DNA from: Methanobacteriota archaeon
Lineage (GTDB): Archaea > Methanobacteriota > Methanobacteria > Methanobacteriales > Methanobacteriaceae
Assembly: GCA_963787255.1 (NCBI GenBank)
Contig: CAWBCJ010000029.1
Span: 992,001 to 1,056,000 of the forward strand
Length of the DNA stretch: 64,000 nucleotides
Direction of reading: 5' to 3'
In this document: one piece after another, positions 11,516-24,489 of the stretch
Layout: each line of letters starts with the position of its first letter
Position numbering within the stretch: position 1 is the stretch's first letter
Program-made: the position numbers and the translations under genes
Notes under the pieces: generated by a model
Told to the model about the DNA's origin: nothing
The model's input: only the letters and a program-made list of their open reading frames with translations
The model's database searches: none

Positions 11516-12094
11516 TTGGCACACGGATCAAGATACAAAGTGGCATTTAAAAGAAGAAATGAAGGTAAAACCGATTATGGGGCCAGAATCAAACTTATTG
11601 ACTTAGATAAGGCAAGAATGGTCGTAAGAATTACCAACAATCATATAATTGCTCAAATAATAAAAGTTGCTCCGGAAGGGGACGAAACTATTATTTCAGC
11701 ACATTCCAACGAACTTAAAAAAATGGGATGGCTCGGATCAACCAAAAACAGTTCTGCTGCATATTTAACCGGATTTTTATGCGGTAAAAAAGCTTTAGCT
11801 GAAGATGTAAACGAAGCTGTTTTAGACATTGGTTTAAAGTCACCAACTAAAGGTACCAAAGTCTTCGCTGTATTAAAAGGGGCAGTAGACTCAGGTCTTC
11901 AAATGCCTCACGGTGAATCAGTTTTACCAGATGATAAAAGAATAAAAGGGGAAAATGTTGCACAGTACGCTGAATCATTAAGCGAAGAAGAAATCAAGCA
12001 GAAATTCTCAGTGTACTTGAAAAACGGATTATCTCCAAAAGATTTCCCAGACCATTTCGAGAAGATCAAACAAAAAATAGATGATGAGGTATAA
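11516..12094 (+). CDS. rpl18: 50S ribosomal protein L18 (uL18)
   Basis: [20 protein letters not shown]. Confidence 0.96.
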   Translation: MAHGSRYKVAFKRRNEGKTDYGARIKLIDLDKARMVVRITNNHIIAQIIKVAPEGDETIISAHSNELKKMGWLGSTKNSSAAYLTGFLCGKKALAEDVNEAVLDIGLKSPTKGTKVFAVLKGAVDSGLQMPHGESVLPDDKRIKGENVAQYAESLSEEEIKQKFSVYLKNGLSPKDFPDHFEKIKQKIDDEV

Positions 12095-12735
12095 TGATGA
12101 ATTACAATAAGGAAGAATGGGAACCTAAAACCAATCTGGGACATATGGTTAAAGAAGGAACCATAACTGACATTGACGAAATATTCGAAAAAGGTCTTCC
12201 AATTATGGAACTGGAAATAGTTAACGCTCTCTTACCTGATTTAGAAGAAGAAGTAATGGATGTAAATCTAGTTCAGAGGATGCACAAATCTGGTAGAAAA
12301 GTTAACTTCAGAGTAATCGTCTCAGTTGGAAACAAAAATGGATATGTGGGACTCGGACAGGGAAAAGCAAAGGAAGTAGGTCCTGCAATAAGAAAAGCTG
12401 TCGATAACGCTAAATATAATATAATAAAAGTTAGAAGAGGTTGCGGTGACTGGGGATGTGTCTGTGGAAGAGAACACACAGTACCATTCAAAATATCTGG
12501 TAAAAGAGGGAGTGTAAGAGTCACTTTAATACCAGCACCTGGTGGAGTTGGTCTGGCAATAGGAAATGTTGGAAAAACTATGCTTGGACTCGCAGGAATT
12601 GATGATGTATGGTCTCAGACAATGGGGCAAACTCAAACAACTATAAATTTCGCTGGCGCAATCTTTGATGCATTAAAGAATTTAAGTAAGGTTAAAGCTA
12701 ACAAATCCGACCTTAAAAATCTTGGAGTAGCATAA
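12094..12735 (+). CDS. rps5: 30S ribosomal protein S5 (uS5)
   Basis: [21 protein letters not shown]. Confidence 0.97.
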   Translation: MMNYNKEEWEPKTNLGHMVKEGTITDIDEIFEKGLPIMELEIVNALLPDLEEEVMDVNLVQRMHKSGRKVNFRVIVSVGNKNGYVGLGQGKAKEVGPAIRKAVDNAKYNIIKVRRGCGDWGCVCGREHTVPFKISGKRGSVRVTLIPAPGGVGLAIGNVGKTMLGLAGIDDVWSQTMGQTQTTINFAGAIFDALKNLSKVKANKSDLKNLGVA

Positions 12736-12744
12736 GGTGATAAC

Positions 12745-13203
12745 ATGATTGCAGCAATAAGAGTAAGAGGTAGAACAGGGATTAAAAAGGATATCGCTGA
12801 TACCATGGATATGCTAAGACTTACCCGAATTAATCATGCAGTTTTAATTGAAGAAAACCCAAGTTATCAGGGAATGCTTCAAAAAGCTAAAGATTACATA
12901 ACCTGGGGAGAAGTTGATTCCCAAACAGTTGCAAAGCTATTATCCAAAAGAGGGAAATTAGCAGGCAACATTAAAATTACTGAAGATTACATAAAAGAAA
13001 ATACAGATTTTTCCTCTGTAGAAGAACTTTCCAAGGCAATAGTAGATTCTGGCGCAAAATTAGAAGATAGTGGAGTAAAACCAGTATTCAGACTTCACCC
13101 TCCAAGAAAAGGATATGAAGATATCAAAAAAACATTTGTAGAATCTGGAAGCCTGGGTTACAGAGGAGATAAAATAGGAGATCTCATTAAAAAGATGATC
13201 TAG
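12745..13203 (+). CDS. rpl30: 50S ribosomal protein L30 (uL30)
   Basis: [22 protein letters not shown]. Confidence 0.96.
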   Translation: MIAAIRVRGRTGIKKDIADTMDMLRLTRINHAVLIEENPSYQGMLQKAKDYITWGEVDSQTVAKLLSKRGKLAGNIKITEDYIKENTDFSSVEELSKAIVDSGAKLEDSGVKPVFRLHPPRKGYEDIKKTFVESGSLGYRGDKIGDLIKKMI

Positions 13204-13226
13204 CCTTTTTCGGAGGATTTCAAAAA

Positions 13227-13664
13227 ATGATTAGAAGAACACGGAAAATAAGGAAAATGCGAGGGTCAAGAACCATCGGCGGTGGATGTTCTAAAAAACG
13301 AAGAGGAGCAGGCCATAGAGGTGGACGAGGTAATGCTGGTCTTCATAAAAGTAAATGGACATGGACTGTTAAATACGATCCAAAACACTTTGGAAAATAC
13401 GGATTTAAAAGACCACAAAGAAGCATTTTAAAATTCAACCCGGTAAACCTTGACTACCTTGACGAAAAATCTGAAGAGTTAGTTCAACAGGGATTAGCTC
13501 AAAAGAAGGATAATGCAATTGAAATAGATGTTACAGACCTTGGTTATAATAAAGTTTTAGGAAAAGGTAAATTAAACAGGCCTTTAATTATAAAATCACC
13601 AAAATTCTCCAGCTCAGCAGCTCAAAAAATAGAAGAAGCTGGCGGGGAAACAATAATTTTATAA
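13227..13664 (+). CDS. rpl15: 50S ribosomal protein L15 (uL15)
   Basis: [26 protein letters not shown]. Confidence 0.96.
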   Translation: MIRRTRKIRKMRGSRTIGGGCSKKRRGAGHRGGRGNAGLHKSKWTWTVKYDPKHFGKYGFKRPQRSILKFNPVNLDYLDEKSEELVQQGLAQKKDNAIEIDVTDLGYNKVLGKGKLNRPLIIKSPKFSSSAAQKIEEAGGETIIL

Positions 13665-13693
13665 CTCAATTTTAAAGTAAGGAGTGAATCTCA

Positions 13694-15036
13694 TTGATTG
13701 AAAAATTGCAACCAATTTTTTCATTAATTCCTCAGGTTAAGTCACCTATTCACCGGATGCCGTTTAGGGAGAAACTTAAATGGACAGGTATAATCCTCGT
13801 ATTATATTTTATACTTGGACAAATTGCTCTTTTTGGGCTAAGTCCCAATGCTGTTGACCAGTTTGCACAATTAAGGGCAGTACTTGCAGGTAACTTCGGT
13901 TCTATAATAACTTTAGGAATAGGACCAATAGTTTCAGCTTCTATTATACTTCAACTTTTAGTTGGGGGTAAAATAATAAATCTGGATCTTTCAAAACATG
14001 AGGATAAAGCAGTATTCCAGGGAACACAGAAACTCCTTGCTATCGTATTCACTTTATTTGAAGCATTTGTACTTGTTTTTACAGGTGCACTCGCTGCAAT
14101 ACCGGGATATGAATTGATTCTCATAACTCAGATAACCATTGGTGGAATTCTCATTATATTCCTAGATGAGGTTGTATCCAAATGGGGATTTGGAAGCGGT
14201 GTAGGTCTTTTCATCGTTGCGGGAGTAGCACAAGACGATAATTATTGGAACATTCAACTTCCTTTCATCACCAACTTCTCCAGGAGTACCTGCAGGAGCA
14301 ATACCAAAATTCATATATCTTTTAACAACAGGAGCGCCTGATTTCACGGTTCTTACTTCCTGTACTTGCAACTATTGTTGTTTTCTTGATAGTAGTATAT
14401 GCAGAAAGTATGCGGGTGGAAATACCACTTTCTTATGGTGGAGTAAAGGGAGCAAGAGGAAAATATCCATTAAGATTTATTTATGCAAGTAACATGCCAG
14501 TAATTTTAACCAGTGCACTGCTTTTAAACGTGCAGTTATTTGCCACACTATTCCAGAAGATTGGATTCCCAATTCTTGGAACAATTTCACAAGGGCAGGC
14601 AATAAGTGGAATAGCATATTATCTTACACCTCCAAGTAGTCTTAGCATACTTCTTACAGACCCTTTAAAAGTATTAATTTATGCTGTTGTGTTTATATCA
14701 TCATGTGTGCTATTTGCATGGCTGTGGGTAGAATTAAGTGGAATAGGGCCAAAGCAGGTTGCAAAACAGCTTCATCAGATGGGAATGCAAATTCCTGGAC
14801 AGAGAAGCAGTAAAGGACACTTCGAGAGGATTTTAAAGAGATACATTCCAGCCATAACAATACTTGGTGGGGCATTTGTAGGACTTTTAGCATTTGGAGC
14901 AGATCTTACAGGAGCTTTAGGTGGAGGTACAGGTGTACTATTGACTGTAGGTATAGTGTACAGACTCTATGAAGAAATAGCTCAAGAACAGATGATGGAT
15001 ATGCACCCAATGTTAAGGAAATTTTTGGGTGATTAA
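13694..15036 (+). CDS. secY: Preprotein translocase SecY; split by two apparent +1 insertions (~14233, ~14349), probably sequence errors
   Basis: LGIGPIVSASII, KWGFGSGVGLFI, YASNMPVIL, GTGVLLTV; removing two bases gives continuous VAQTIIIGTFNF...PDFTFLLPVLATIVVFLIVVYAES. Confidence 0.95.
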
Positions 15037-15050
15037 AAAGAGGAATTGAA

Positions 15051-15608
15051 ATGAAAGTCGTTGTAATTGCAGGAATTCCAGGATCAGGAAGTACAACAGT
15101 ATTGAATAAAGCACTTGAAAGCATTGATTATGTGAACGTCAATTATGGAGATGTGATGATTAATATTGCTAAAGAAGAAGGTATCGTAGAAGATAGGGAT
15201 TCTTTGAGGAAATTATCTCCAGACGTGCAAAAAGAAATTCAAAAAAATGCTGCAAAAAGTATAAGAGAGATGTCGGAAAAAAGTAACATAATTGTTGACA
15301 CTCATTGTACAATTAAAACAGCTGCTGGTTTTTTACCTGGACTTCCTAAATGGGTATTAGAAGAACTTCAACCAAATATTTTCATACTCATTGAAGCAGA
15401 TAACGACGAAATCTTGATGAGAAGACTCACAGACAAAACAAGAACCAGGGATATGGAAAAAATAAGTGATATCCAACTTCATCAGGAAATGAACCGCGCC
15501 GTGGCAATGTCCTATGCCGTATTAACCGGGGCAACTGTAAAAATTATTCAAAATCATGATAACAGACTTGAAGAGCCTGTAGAAGACATGGTAAACACTT
15601 TAAAATAA
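15051..15608 (+). CDS. adkA: Adenylate kinase (archaeal type)
   Basis: GIPGSGSTT P-loop, VDTH, GFLPGLP; follows secY. Confidence 0.95.
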   Translation: MKVVVIAGIPGSGSTTVLNKALESIDYVNVNYGDVMINIAKEEGIVEDRDSLRKLSPDVQKEIQKNAAKSIREMSEKSNIIVDTHCTIKTAAGFLPGLPKWVLEELQPNIFILIEADNDEILMRRLTDKTRTRDMEKISDIQLHQEMNRAVAMSYAVLTGATVKIIQNHDNRLEEPVEDMVNTLK

Positions 15609-15642
15609 CATATAAAACTTTTAAGATAAAGAGGAAAATAAA

Positions 15643-16200
15643 ATGATACTTGACGTATTATGGGGGCCACTGAATACAGCTTTAAATCCATTCATACTGT
15701 ATTTGGGTCCGATTCTTGCAATATTGATAATAGCTATTGTAATATCGTTTATAACAAATTTAGCGCAAAAGCTACTTGTAAAACAGGATAGGCTTATTTA
15801 CCTTCAAAAAGAAATGAAGGAATTCCAGCAAGAAATGAATGCAGCCAGAAAATCAAACGACCCAAAAGCTTTAGAAAAAGCTCAAAAAAAGCAGATGGAG
15901 TTCATGAGTCTTCAAAAAGAAATGATGACCATGTCATTTAAACCAATGATAGTCACATTTCTTCCTATAATCATTATATTCTGGTGGCTATCTCAAAATG
16001 CACTATTAAACACACTGGTAGTTCAATTACCAACAATAGCTTATTATGTGTTTTTAGTCCCTCTTTTCCACCTGGTTTACCCTCAATCGCCAGGAGTACC
16101 TGTTATGGCTATTGAATGGCTGGGATGGTACATACTGTGTTCATTTGGATTCTCAATGTTATTTAGAAAACTAATGGGAATTAAAAGCGGTGGAATGTAA
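15643..16200 (+). CDS. DUF106 / EMC3-TMCO1 (Oxa1/YidC superfamily) membrane protein
   Basis: TM-coiled coil-TM layout, FKPM and WLGWYILCS motifs; conserved position after adk. Confidence 0.88.
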   Translation: MILDVLWGPLNTALNPFILYLGPILAILIIAIVISFITNLAQKLLVKQDRLIYLQKEMKEFQQEMNAARKSNDPKALEKAQKKQMEFMSLQKEMMTMSFKPMIVTFLPIIIIFWWLSQNALLNTLVVQLPTIAYYVFLVPLFHLVYPQSPGVPVMAIEWLGWYILCSFGFSMLFRKLMGIKSGGM

Positions 16201-16280
16201 CATCCATAAAAACATTTCAATTTCATGCTTGCAGCATTTTAAATGCTGTTAGCTAATTTTAATAATTAGGAGAGATTTAT

Positions 16281-16550
16281 ATGCCTGAATTAAGATACAG
16301 ATCTAGATCATACAAGAGAGTATTTAAGAAAACCCCTGGAGGGAAAACCGTCTTAAGATATAAGAAGAAAAAACCATCAAAGCATGTATGTGCTGAATGT
16401 GGTAAACTTCTTCACGGAGTCCCAAGGGGAAGACCATATCAAATAAGAAAACTTGCAAAATCTAAAAAGAGGCCAAACAGGCCTTACGGTGGAAATCTTT
16501 GCCCTGAATGCACACGAAGGGTGTTTAAACAAGAGGCAAGATTGGAATGA
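16281..16550 (+). CDS. rpl34e: 50S ribosomal protein L34e
   Basis: [19 protein letters not shown]. Confidence 0.96.
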   Translation: MPELRYRSRSYKRVFKKTPGGKTVLRYKKKKPSKHVCAECGKLLHGVPRGRPYQIRKLAKSKKRPNRPYGGNLCPECTRRVFKQEARLE

Positions 16551-17077
16551 TTATAACCGTCAGCGGATTAGCTGGTAGTGGTACCACTACAGCTTCCAGA
16601 ATATTATCTGAAAAAATAGGGATTCCATACATCTCTGCAGGTGACATATTTCGTCAGATGGCTGCAGAAAAAAATATGGATATCCTGGAATTCAGTAAAT
16701 TCGCTGAGGAAAATGAAGGTATTGACATTGAGATTGACAGAAGACAGTCTCAAATAGCAAGAGAAAATGATGATCTAATCATTGAAGGAAGGCTTTCTGC
16801 ACATTTTGTAGATGCTGACCTTAAATTATGGTTTATTGCGCCTTTAGACACTCGAACAGAAAGAATAAGTCAAAGGGAAAATAAACCGTTTGATATTGTC
16901 AAAGAAGAAATAATTAAAAGAAGTAACAGCGAAGCAAAGCGATATCAGGAAATTCATAATATCGATATTGAAAATATGGAAGTTTATGACCTTATAATAA
17001 ACACCGGAAATTTTCATCCTGAAAGCATCGCTAGCATCATATTAAAAGTAGTAGAGGTGATTTCATGCCAGCAATAG
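16547..17077 (+). CDS. cmk: Cytidylate kinase (archaeal type)
   Basis: [11 protein letters not shown]-loop, SAGDIFR, EGRLS. Confidence 0.92.
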   Translation: MIITVSGLAGSGTTTASRILSEKIGIPYISAGDIFRQMAAEKNMDILEFSKFAEENEGIDIEIDRRQSQIARENDDLIIEGRLSAHFVDADLKLWFIAPLDTRTERISQRENKPFDIVKEEIIKRSNSEAKRYQEIHNIDIENMEVYDLIINTGNFHPESIASIILKVVEVISCQQ

Positions 17078-17280
17078 AAGTAGGAAGAGTATGTGTTAAG
17101 ATTTCAGGAAGAGAAGCAGGCGAAAAATGCGCTATAGTTGAAGTTATAGATGATAAGTTTGTAGAAGTAGTTGGAGCAAACATCAAAAACAGAAGATGCA
17201 ACATCAAGCACTTAGAACCATTGGATGAAACAGTAGAAGTATCTGACAATGTGGAAGAAGTAAAAAAACAGCTTGAATAA
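17065..17280 (+). CDS. rpl14e: 50S ribosomal protein L14e
   Basis: [25 protein letters not shown]. Confidence 0.96.
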   Translation: MPAIEVGRVCVKISGREAGEKCAIVEVIDDKFVEVVGANIKNRRCNIKHLEPLDETVEVSDNVEEVKKQLE

Positions 17281-17324
17281 GTATTTAAATCAGCGTTGAT
17301 TTTAGAACGTTTAAGGTTATATTA

Positions 17325-18284
17325 ATGGTGGACTTACTAATAAAATCTGAAGGTGAAACTGATCCCAATTATGGGAACTTTCCTGACGAAAGACCCATAG
17401 AAGATCATATACGCAGAGGAATTATCAACCTGGACAAACCTTCAGGTCCCACATCCCATGAAGTTGATTCATGGGTTAAACGAATTTTGGGCGTGGAAAA
17501 AACAGGTCATGGGGGAACATTAGATCCCAAAGTCACCGGAGTTTTACCTATAGGCATGGATCATGCCACCAGGGCTATTCAGATGCTGCTGGGTGCAGAT
17601 AAAGAATATGTATGTCTAATGAGACTGCATGAAGAAATATCTGAAAAAAAAATAAGAGATATACTCCAGGAATTTCAGGGGAAAATTTACCAGACTCCGC
17701 CGCTTAAATCTGCTGTTAAAAGAGAACTTAGAGTTCGAAAAATTTATTATGTTAATATCATTGAAATAGATGGTCAAGATGTCTTATTTAAAATAGGATG
17801 TGAAGGCGGAACTTACATACGAAAGTACTGCCATGACGTGGGGGAAGCGCTTGGAATTGGTGCCCACATGGCGGAGCTTCGAAGAACCCGCTCAGGACCA
17901 TTTACAGAGGATAATTTAATTACCCTTCAAGATTTAACTGATGCATATCATATCTGGAAGGAAGAAGGGGATGAAACTTTCCTTAGAGACTGTATACGTC
18001 CTATAGAGGCCGCAATTGAGCATCTACCTAAAATTGTCATCAGAGATTCTGCCGTAGATGCAATTTGTCACGGTGCGGATCTTGCAGCAGGTGGAATTAT
18101 AAGCATTGAAGACAATATCAAAAATGGGGATACAGTTGCGGTCATGACCCTTAAAGGAGAATTGGTTGCTGCAGGAGAAAGTCTAAAATCGTCCCAAGAG
18201 ATACTTAAAGCAAATAAAGGCATAATGATAGATATAAATAAAGTTTTTATGGAACCAGAAACATATCCAAAGATGTGGAAGTAA
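17325..18284 (+). CDS. truB: H/ACA pseudouridine synthase Cbf5 (TruB family, PUA domain)
   Basis: DKPSGPTSHEV, GHGGTLDPKVTG, GTYIR, ELRRTRSG. Confidence 0.96.
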   Translation: MVDLLIKSEGETDPNYGNFPDERPIEDHIRRGIINLDKPSGPTSHEVDSWVKRILGVEKTGHGGTLDPKVTGVLPIGMDHATRAIQMLLGADKEYVCLMRLHEEISEKKIRDILQEFQGKIYQTPPLKSAVKRELRVRKIYYVNIIEIDGQDVLFKIGCEGGTYIRKYCHDVGEALGIGAHMAELRRTRSGPFTEDNLITLQDLTDAYHIWKEEGDETFLRDCIRPIEAAIEHLPKIVIRDSAVDAICHGADLAAGGIISIEDNIKNGDTVAVMTLKGELVAAGESLKSSQEILKANKGIMIDINKVFMEPETYPKMWK

Positions 18285-18453
18285 AAAAACTACTCTTTAA
18301 AATAACTTCTACTTTATTTGAATTCAATCTAAAAAGATTCAAATGCCATACTTTAGCATGCGGCAATTACCATAAGCTTTTAAATGTTTAAGAACATACA
18401 CTTTATGTCTATCAATTTGGACATTAATCATATTACAAATTGATTTGTCGCAT

Positions 18454-18544
<91 letters not shown>

Positions 18545-18773
18545 TTTTTACTTAAAAAGGTCCACAGAATCCGTTGATTATGTGGGAATTGGTCAAAAAA
18601 AATTCGCTTCACTTGAAAGTGAATAACACGTTTTTGATTCAAAAGTAGTATTTACAGTATTCACCCGTCCAAACAAACTGAATACAGAAAATACTTGATA
18701 TAATTAAGATTAATCGCACAAATTTAATTAAAATGGTATGAAAGGCATTTTGCTCTTACCGGAGGTTAAAAAA

Positions 18774-19229
18774 ATGGAAGAAGACTTTAAACACTTAGTC
18801 CGTATTGCTCGAAAGGATATAAATGGTAATAAAACCATTGAAAATGCTCTTGCTGGCGTGAAAGGTGTAGGACAAGCATTGTCAAGGGCAATAGGTATTG
18901 TCATGGATTTTGACTTAAATCAGAAAATTGGATATGTATCCGACGATGAATTAAACAGAATTGAAGAAGTAATGAGGAATCCTAAATCACTTGATATCCC
19001 TGACTGGATGTTAAACAGGCGTAACGATTATGAAACAGGTGAAACCGGACATCTAATTGAATCTGATCTCATGATGACATTGAGAGATGATTTAAACAGG
19101 ATGAAAAAGACCAGAAGTTACAAGGGAAGAAGACACGAAGTTGGACTTCCAGTTAGAGGTCAAAGGACAAAATCTACCTTCAGAAAAGGATCATCTGTTG
19201 GTGTTAGAAGAAGAAGAGGAAGGCAATAA
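18774..19229 (+). CDS. rps13: 30S ribosomal protein S13 (uS13)
   Basis: [22 protein letters not shown]; ATG 18774 after GGAGGT. Confidence 0.97.
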   Translation: MEEDFKHLVRIARKDINGNKTIENALAGVKGVGQALSRAIGIVMDFDLNQKIGYVSDDELNRIEEVMRNPKSLDIPDWMLNRRNDYETGETGHLIESDLMMTLRDDLNRMKKTRSYKGRRHEVGLPVRGQRTKSTFRKGSSVGVRRRRGRQ

Positions 19230-19263
19230 CTTAATTTATCTAATTTAATTAGGAGAGATTGAT

Positions 19264-19794
19264 ATGGGACACCCAAGAAAATCAAGAAAAAAATACGATA
19301 CACCACCTCATCCATGGAACGCTGATAGAATAAAAGAAGAAAATAAACTTCTCCAAAAATACGGCTTAAAAAACAAAAAAGAAGTATGGAAATCCGAAAC
19401 AATGGTTAAACGGTACAGAAGAGATGCAAGACATCTTTTAGGTATGGTAACCGAACAGAATATTAAAGAAAGACAACAGCTTCTAAGTCACCTTATAAAG
19501 CTCGGAATGTTAGGTGAAGAAGCAAAACTGGAAGATGTACTTGATTTAACTGTTGAAGACGTATTACGAAGAAGATTACAAACTATGGTACACAACAAAG
19601 GCCTTGCAACTACTGCAAAGGGAGCAAGACAATTTGTTATACACGGACACATAGCTTTAGACGGTAAAAAGATTGATGCACCAAGTTACCTTGTAAAAAG
19701 AGGCCAAGAAGGCTCAATTGGATTCTACCAATCTTCACCACTAGAAAAACAATACAAAGCAAGAACCGAAGGCAAAGGCACTGAAGAGGCCTAA
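19264..19794 (+). CDS. rps4: 30S ribosomal protein S4 (uS4)
   Basis: [31 protein letters not shown]. Confidence 0.97.
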   Translation: MGHPRKSRKKYDTPPHPWNADRIKEENKLLQKYGLKNKKEVWKSETMVKRYRRDARHLLGMVTEQNIKERQQLLSHLIKLGMLGEEAKLEDVLDLTVEDVLRRRLQTMVHNKGLATTAKGARQFVIHGHIALDGKKIDAPSYLVKRGQEGSIGFYQSSPLEKQYKARTEGKGTEEA

Positions 19795-19808
19795 TAAAAG
19801 GTGATAAA

Positions 19809-20201
19809 ATGGCAGAAAAAGAAAAATGGGGCGTAGCTAACATATACTCATCATTTAACAACACTATAATAACCATAACTGATATAACTGGTGCAGAAAC
19901 CATTTCACAATGGTCTGGTGGAAAAGTTGTAAGGGCAGATAGGCAAGAATCATCCCCATTTGCAGCTATGGAAGCAGCTTCAAGAGCTGCTGATGATGTA
20001 AAAGAAAAAGGAATCATAGGATTACACATAAAAGTAAGAGCCCCTGGTGGAAACGGACCAAGAACTCCAGGACCTGGTGCACAGGCTACAATCAGAGCAC
20101 TGGCAAGAGCAGGGATCAGGATTGGTAAAATAGAAGATGTCACTCCAATTCCTCACGACGGTACTGGAAGACCTGGAGGTAAGAGGGGAAGAAGGGTCTA
20201 A
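19809..20201 (+). CDS. rps11: 30S ribosomal protein S11 (uS11)
   Basis: [29 protein letters not shown]. Confidence 0.98.
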   Translation: MAEKEKWGVANIYSSFNNTIITITDITGAETISQWSGGKVVRADRQESSPFAAMEAASRAADDVKEKGIIGLHIKVRAPGGNGPRTPGPGAQATIRALARAGIRIGKIEDVTPIPHDGTGRPGGKRGRRV

Positions 20202-20202
20202 C

Positions 20203-21006
20203 ATGGACATAGATATTAAAGAAAAGAATGATAACCAACTTACATTCATTGTAGATGGTGTAGATGTATCCTTTATTAATGCATTAAGGAGAATATGCAC
20301 TGTCGAAGTTCCAACAATGGCCATAGATACTGTTTCAATATTCAAAAACGAATCAAAACTATTTGATGAAGTATTAGCTCAAAGATTAGGACTAGTACCA
20401 CTTGAAACATATACAGAAGCATTTGTACTTGCATCAGAATGTGATTGCGAAACTAATGATTGTCCAAGCTGCAGCGTATCTATGATTCTAAAGGAAAAAG
20501 GACCAAAAGTTGTCTACTCTGGAGATTTAAGTTCAACCCATGAAGCAGTGAAGCCAGTATATGACACTATCCCTCTTTTAAAATTAAAAGAAGGGGAAGA
20601 AGTTGAACTTGAAGCAACAGCAAACCTGGGAATGGGACTTGAGCATGCAAAATGGCAGCCCACAACTACATGCGTATATCAGTACTATCCTTTAATAACT
20701 GTAGATGAAAACTGTGAAGCATGTATGAAATGTGTAGAAGACTGTCCAAGAAATGTGCTTCACTACGACGAAAAAGAGAAAAAAATCATTATCACAGATA
20801 TTGAAAACTGTTCCATGTGCAAAACATGCGTCAGAGATTGTGAACAAAATGCAATACATGTAGATGCACAGGAAAATAAATATATATTTAAAATTGAAAC
20901 AGACGGATCATTAGCTCCAGAAGATGTTTTAGAGAATGCATGTGATATTCTAAAGGATAAATCCGAGAAAATCGTGGCATTTTGTAAAGGAGGAAGTAAG
21001 AAATGA
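20203..21006 (+). CDS. rpoD: DNA-directed RNA polymerase subunit D (Rpo3) with ferredoxin-like insert
   Basis: NALRR, RLGLVPL, HAKWQP, ETDGSL; two CxxCxxCxxxC motifs. Confidence 0.96.
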   Translation: MDIDIKEKNDNQLTFIVDGVDVSFINALRRICTVEVPTMAIDTVSIFKNESKLFDEVLAQRLGLVPLETYTEAFVLASECDCETNDCPSCSVSMILKEKGPKVVYSGDLSSTHEAVKPVYDTIPLLKLKEGEEVELEATANLGMGLEHAKWQPTTTCVYQYYPLITVDENCEACMKCVEDCPRNVLHYDEKEKKIIITDIENCSMCKTCVRDCEQNAIHVDAQENKYIFKIETDGSLAPEDVLENACDILKDKSEKIVAFCKGGSKK

Positions 21007-21362
21007 AACTCACTAAAACAAACCCAAAACTCATAGAACTTATAGGAAATCTTAAAGTAAAATCATACCAGGAAGATGTCAAAATATGGAAAGACATCGC
21101 TAAAAGACTGGAAAGATCAAACAGAAGACATGCAGAAGTCAACATTTCAAAAATAAACAGACACTCATCTCCAGATGAAACCATTTTAGTTCCAGGAAAA
21201 ATCCTTGGAAGCGGTAAACTGGATCACAAAGTCAACGTAGTAGCACTAGGCTTTTCCAAAAAAGCAGAAGAAAAAATAGGTGCTGCAGGCGGGAAATGTT
21301 TAAACATTACTGAAATTCTCGATGAAAATCCAAAGGGAAATAAAATAAGGATAATCGAGTAA
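21003..21362 (+). CDS. rpl18e: 50S ribosomal protein L18e
   Basis: [19 protein letters not shown]. Confidence 0.96.
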   Translation: MKLTKTNPKLIELIGNLKVKSYQEDVKIWKDIAKRLERSNRRHAEVNISKINRHSSPDETILVPGKILGSGKLDHKVNVVALGFSKKAEEKIGAAGGKCLNITEILDENPKGNKIRIIE

Positions 21363-21377
21363 TTAGAAGGTGTAATT

Positions 21378-21806
21378 ATGATTATAGATGGAGAAGGACT
21401 CATCATGGGAAGACTTGCAAGTAACGTAAGCAAGATGCTTCTAAATGGAGAGGAAATAGTAGTATTAAACGCCGAGAAGATTCTAATTTCCGGTAATAAA
21501 GAATGGGCATATGCCAGATACAAACAGAGACTTGACAGAGCAAGTATATCAAATCCAAGGAAAATGGGGCCAAAATATCCCCGAAGACCTGATGATATAT
21601 TTAGAAGAACAGTAAGGGGAATGATACCTTACAGGAAAACAACAGGAAGAGCAGCATTTAAAGGGCTCAAAGTATTTGTAGGAATACCCAAAGAATACGA
21701 AGGTGCTGAAATCTTCAAAGTTCAGGAAGCTGAACCTAAAAACATTAAAAAAAGCATAGAACTTGGTAAAATATCCAGATTATTAGGATCAAAGTTTGAG
21801 GCATAG
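21378..21806 (+). CDS. rpl13: 50S ribosomal protein L13 (uL13)
   Basis: [23 protein letters not shown]. Confidence 0.97.
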   Translation: MIIDGEGLIMGRLASNVSKMLLNGEEIVVLNAEKILISGNKEWAYARYKQRLDRASISNPRKMGPKYPRRPDDIFRRTVRGMIPYRKTTGRAAFKGLKVFVGIPKEYEGAEIFKVQEAEPKNIKKSIELGKISRLLGSKFEA

Positions 21807-21814
21807 GTGAGAGG

Positions 21815-22216
21815 ATGAAAAAAGTAATTCACACAAGCGGTAAAAGAAAAACTGCAATAGCAAGAGGAAGATTCCGAGAAGGAAAAGGAAGAATCAGAAT
21901 AAACAAACGTCCAGTAGAACTCTATGACCCAGAACTCGCAAAATTAAAAATTACAGAGCCAATTGTAATAGCTGGAGACATTGTAAAAAATATAGATATC
22001 GATGTCAAAGTTGTAGGTGGAGGAGTAATGGGACAGGCTGAAGCCGCACGTATGGTAATAGCCAAAGGACTTATCCAGTGGACCAGTGACATGGATCTAA
22101 AGGAAAAGTTCACCCAGTACGACAGAACCATGCTTGTAGGAGATCCAAGAAGATCAGAACCTAAAAAGTATGGTGGAAGAGGCGCCAGAGCAAGAAGGCA
22201 GAAAAGTTACAGATAA
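21815..22216 (+). CDS. rps9: 30S ribosomal protein S9 (uS9)
   Basis: [27 protein letters not shown]. Confidence 0.97.
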   Translation: MKKVIHTSGKRKTAIARGRFREGKGRIRINKRPVELYDPELAKLKITEPIVIAGDIVKNIDIDVKVVGGGVMGQAEAARMVIAKGLIQWTSDMDLKEKFTQYDRTMLVGDPRRSEPKKYGGRGARARRQKSYR

Positions 22217-22323
22217 ACAAAAATTTAATCTTCTTGCAAAAACAACCTTTAATTATCAAATTAAACGCAAGAAGATAATTTCAAATTTTTTGGCTCAAAA
22301 AAAAAGAATTAAGATGGTTTAAC

Positions 22324-22490
22324 ATGATTCCTGTAAGATGTATAAGTTGTGGAAAAGTTGTCTCCGCATATTTTGACGAATTCCAACAGAGAGTTGGAGA
22401 CGGAGAAAATCCAAAGGAAGTCCTAGATGATTTAGGACTTAACAAGTATTGTTGTAGAAGAATGTTGATAGCTCATGTTGAGGTTTGGTA

Positions 22491-22491
<1 letters not shown>
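22324..22491 (+). CDS. rpoN: DNA-directed RNA polymerase subunit N (Rpo10); not in ORF track
   Basis: Hand translation [20 protein letters not shown]...[22 protein letters not shown]. Confidence 0.96.
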
Positions 22492-22645
<154 letters not shown>

Positions 22646-22832
22646 TACCCTTATGATCCATATTAATTAAAAAAACTATTAAATTAACGCTCATGTTAAA
22701 GTAAGCAAGCATTTATAAAACTTTAATTCAACTATTACGATGGTAATTTAACATTAAATAATATACACTATTATTCGATGCACAATTCCAGCACTCTAAT
22801 CATGAGCATTAAATTTTAAAAAGAGGGGTATT

Positions 22833-23006
22833 ATGTCATCTGAAAAACTAACTAGATTTGAAAAAGCAAGAATTGTTGGTGCAAGAGCTCTACAACTGTC
22901 AATGGGTGCTAAACCAATGATAGAGGTAAAAGAAGCACTTGATCCAATAGATATTGCTGTATTAGAACTAAAAAAAGGTTTAATTCCTCTTGATATTAGA
23001 AAATAA
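22833..23006 (+). CDS. rpoK: DNA-directed RNA polymerase subunit K (Rpo6); not in ORF track
   Basis: Hand translation [28 protein letters not shown]...IPLDIRK. Confidence 0.96.
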   Translation: MSSEKLTRFEKARIVGARALQLSMGAKPMIEVKEALDPIDIAVLELKKGLIPLDIRK

Positions 23007-23033
23007 CCACTATTTTTTTAAAGAGGTGTTTTT

Positions 23034-24272
23034 GTGGATAGTATTATTGAAGACGTCCGTGTACGAAAAATATTAGACAGCAGGGGAAACCCTACATTAG
23101 AAGTAGATGTTGTAACCTGGAGCGGTTTTGGAAGAGCAGCCGCACCAAGTGGTGCAAGTACAGGTATCCGTGAAGTTACGGCATTTCCAGAAGGCGGTGT
23201 TGATAAAATAATAAGTGAAGTTGAAGATATAATCTCATCAGAACTTATTGGTATGGATGCTGAAGATTTAACCGATATAGATATGCTTTTAAAGGAAATA
23301 GATGGTACTGAAAATTTATCATCCATAGGTGGTAACACTATAGTCGCTGTTTCCATGGCAACTGCAAAAGCTGCTGCTGCATCATACAACATGCCGTTGT
23401 ATAAATTCCTTGGAGGAAGCGTGAAAAATGAAATTCCATATCCTCTAGGAAATATGATAAATGGAGGAGCACATGCTGGAAAAAATGCACCTGATATTCA
23501 GGAGTTTTTGATCCTACCAGTAGGAGCTTCAAATATCACTGAAGCAGTATTTGCTAATTCTAAAGTTCATAAAAAAATCGGAGAACTCATAAAAGCAAAA
23601 GACAGCACTTTCACCGGTGGAAAGGGAGATGAAGGTGGATGGGCACCAAACCTTATCAACGAAGACGCACTAGAAATTCAAGCAAAAGCCTGCGAAGAAG
23701 TAGGTAACGAATTAGGCATTGAAATAAGACCATGTTTGGACATGGCAGCAAGTGAAATGTGGAACGGCTCTAAATATGTTTATGAAAGAGAAGGCGTGGA
23801 AAGAGATGTTGGAGAACAGATAGATTTCGTTGAAGAAATCATTGACACTTATAAAATGTTCTATGTTGAAGATCCTATGGATGAAAATGATTTCAACGGG
23901 TTTGCAGAACTCACAAGAAAAGTTGGAGATAAATGTCTTATCTGTGGAGATGATGTATTCGTAACCAACGCAGAGATTCTTCAAGAAGGAATCAATTTAG
24001 GCGCTGCAAATTCAATTATCATAAAGCCAAACCAAATAGGAACCCTTTCTGACACTTATGAAACTGTAAAACTCGCAAAAGCTAATGGATATGTTCCAGT
24101 TGTTTCCCACAGATCAGGTGAGACAACAGACGATACAATAGCGCATTTAGCAGTGGCTTTCTCAAGTCCAATCATCAAAACAGGTGCACTTGGCGGGGAA
24201 AGAATTGCAAAATTAAACGAGCTTATCAGAATTGAAGAAGAAATGGTAAATCCAAAAATGGGAGATATCTAA
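23034..24272 (+). CDS. eno: Enolase
   Basis: [30 protein letters not shown]. Confidence 0.98.
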   Translation: MDSIIEDVRVRKILDSRGNPTLEVDVVTWSGFGRAAAPSGASTGIREVTAFPEGGVDKIISEVEDIISSELIGMDAEDLTDIDMLLKEIDGTENLSSIGGNTIVAVSMATAKAAAASYNMPLYKFLGGSVKNEIPYPLGNMINGGAHAGKNAPDIQEFLILPVGASNITEAVFANSKVHKKIGELIKAKDSTFTGGKGDEGGWAPNLINEDALEIQAKACEEVGNELGIEIRPCLDMAASEMWNGSKYVYEREGVERDVGEQIDFVEEIIDTYKMFYVEDPMDENDFNGFAELTRKVGDKCLICGDDVFVTNAEILQEGINLGAANSIIIKPNQIGTLSDTYETVKLAKANGYVPVVSHRSGETTDDTIAHLAVAFSSPIIKTGALGGERIAKLNELIRIEEEMVNPKMGDI

Positions 24273-24297
24273 GGCTAATCTAAAAACGGTGAAATAA

Positions 24298-24489
24298 ATG
24301 GTTAAAATAACAATCAACTATGAAAAATGCGACGGAACAGACTGCGCTGAATGCGTTGATGTTTGCCCAATGGAAGTCCTTATAATAAACGGTGACAAAA
24401 TAGTAATTCAAAACACAGAAGAATGCAGCTTATGCGAAGTTTGCATGGACGTATGCCCTCAAGAGGCAGTAGATGTTGAGGATGATTAA
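24298..24489 (+). CDS. 2[4Fe-4S] ferredoxin
   Basis: CxxxxCxxCxxxCP and CxxCxxCxxxCP motifs. Confidence 0.93.
   Translation: MVKITINYEKCDGTDCAECVDVCPMEVLIINGDKIVIQNTEECSLCEVCMDVCPQEAVDVEDD

Noticed and set aside
14225-14390. Programmed frameshifting or a naturally split secY
   Set aside because: No slippery heptamer or stimulatory structure seen; two separate single-base duplications and similar indels in neighbouring genes favour sequence error
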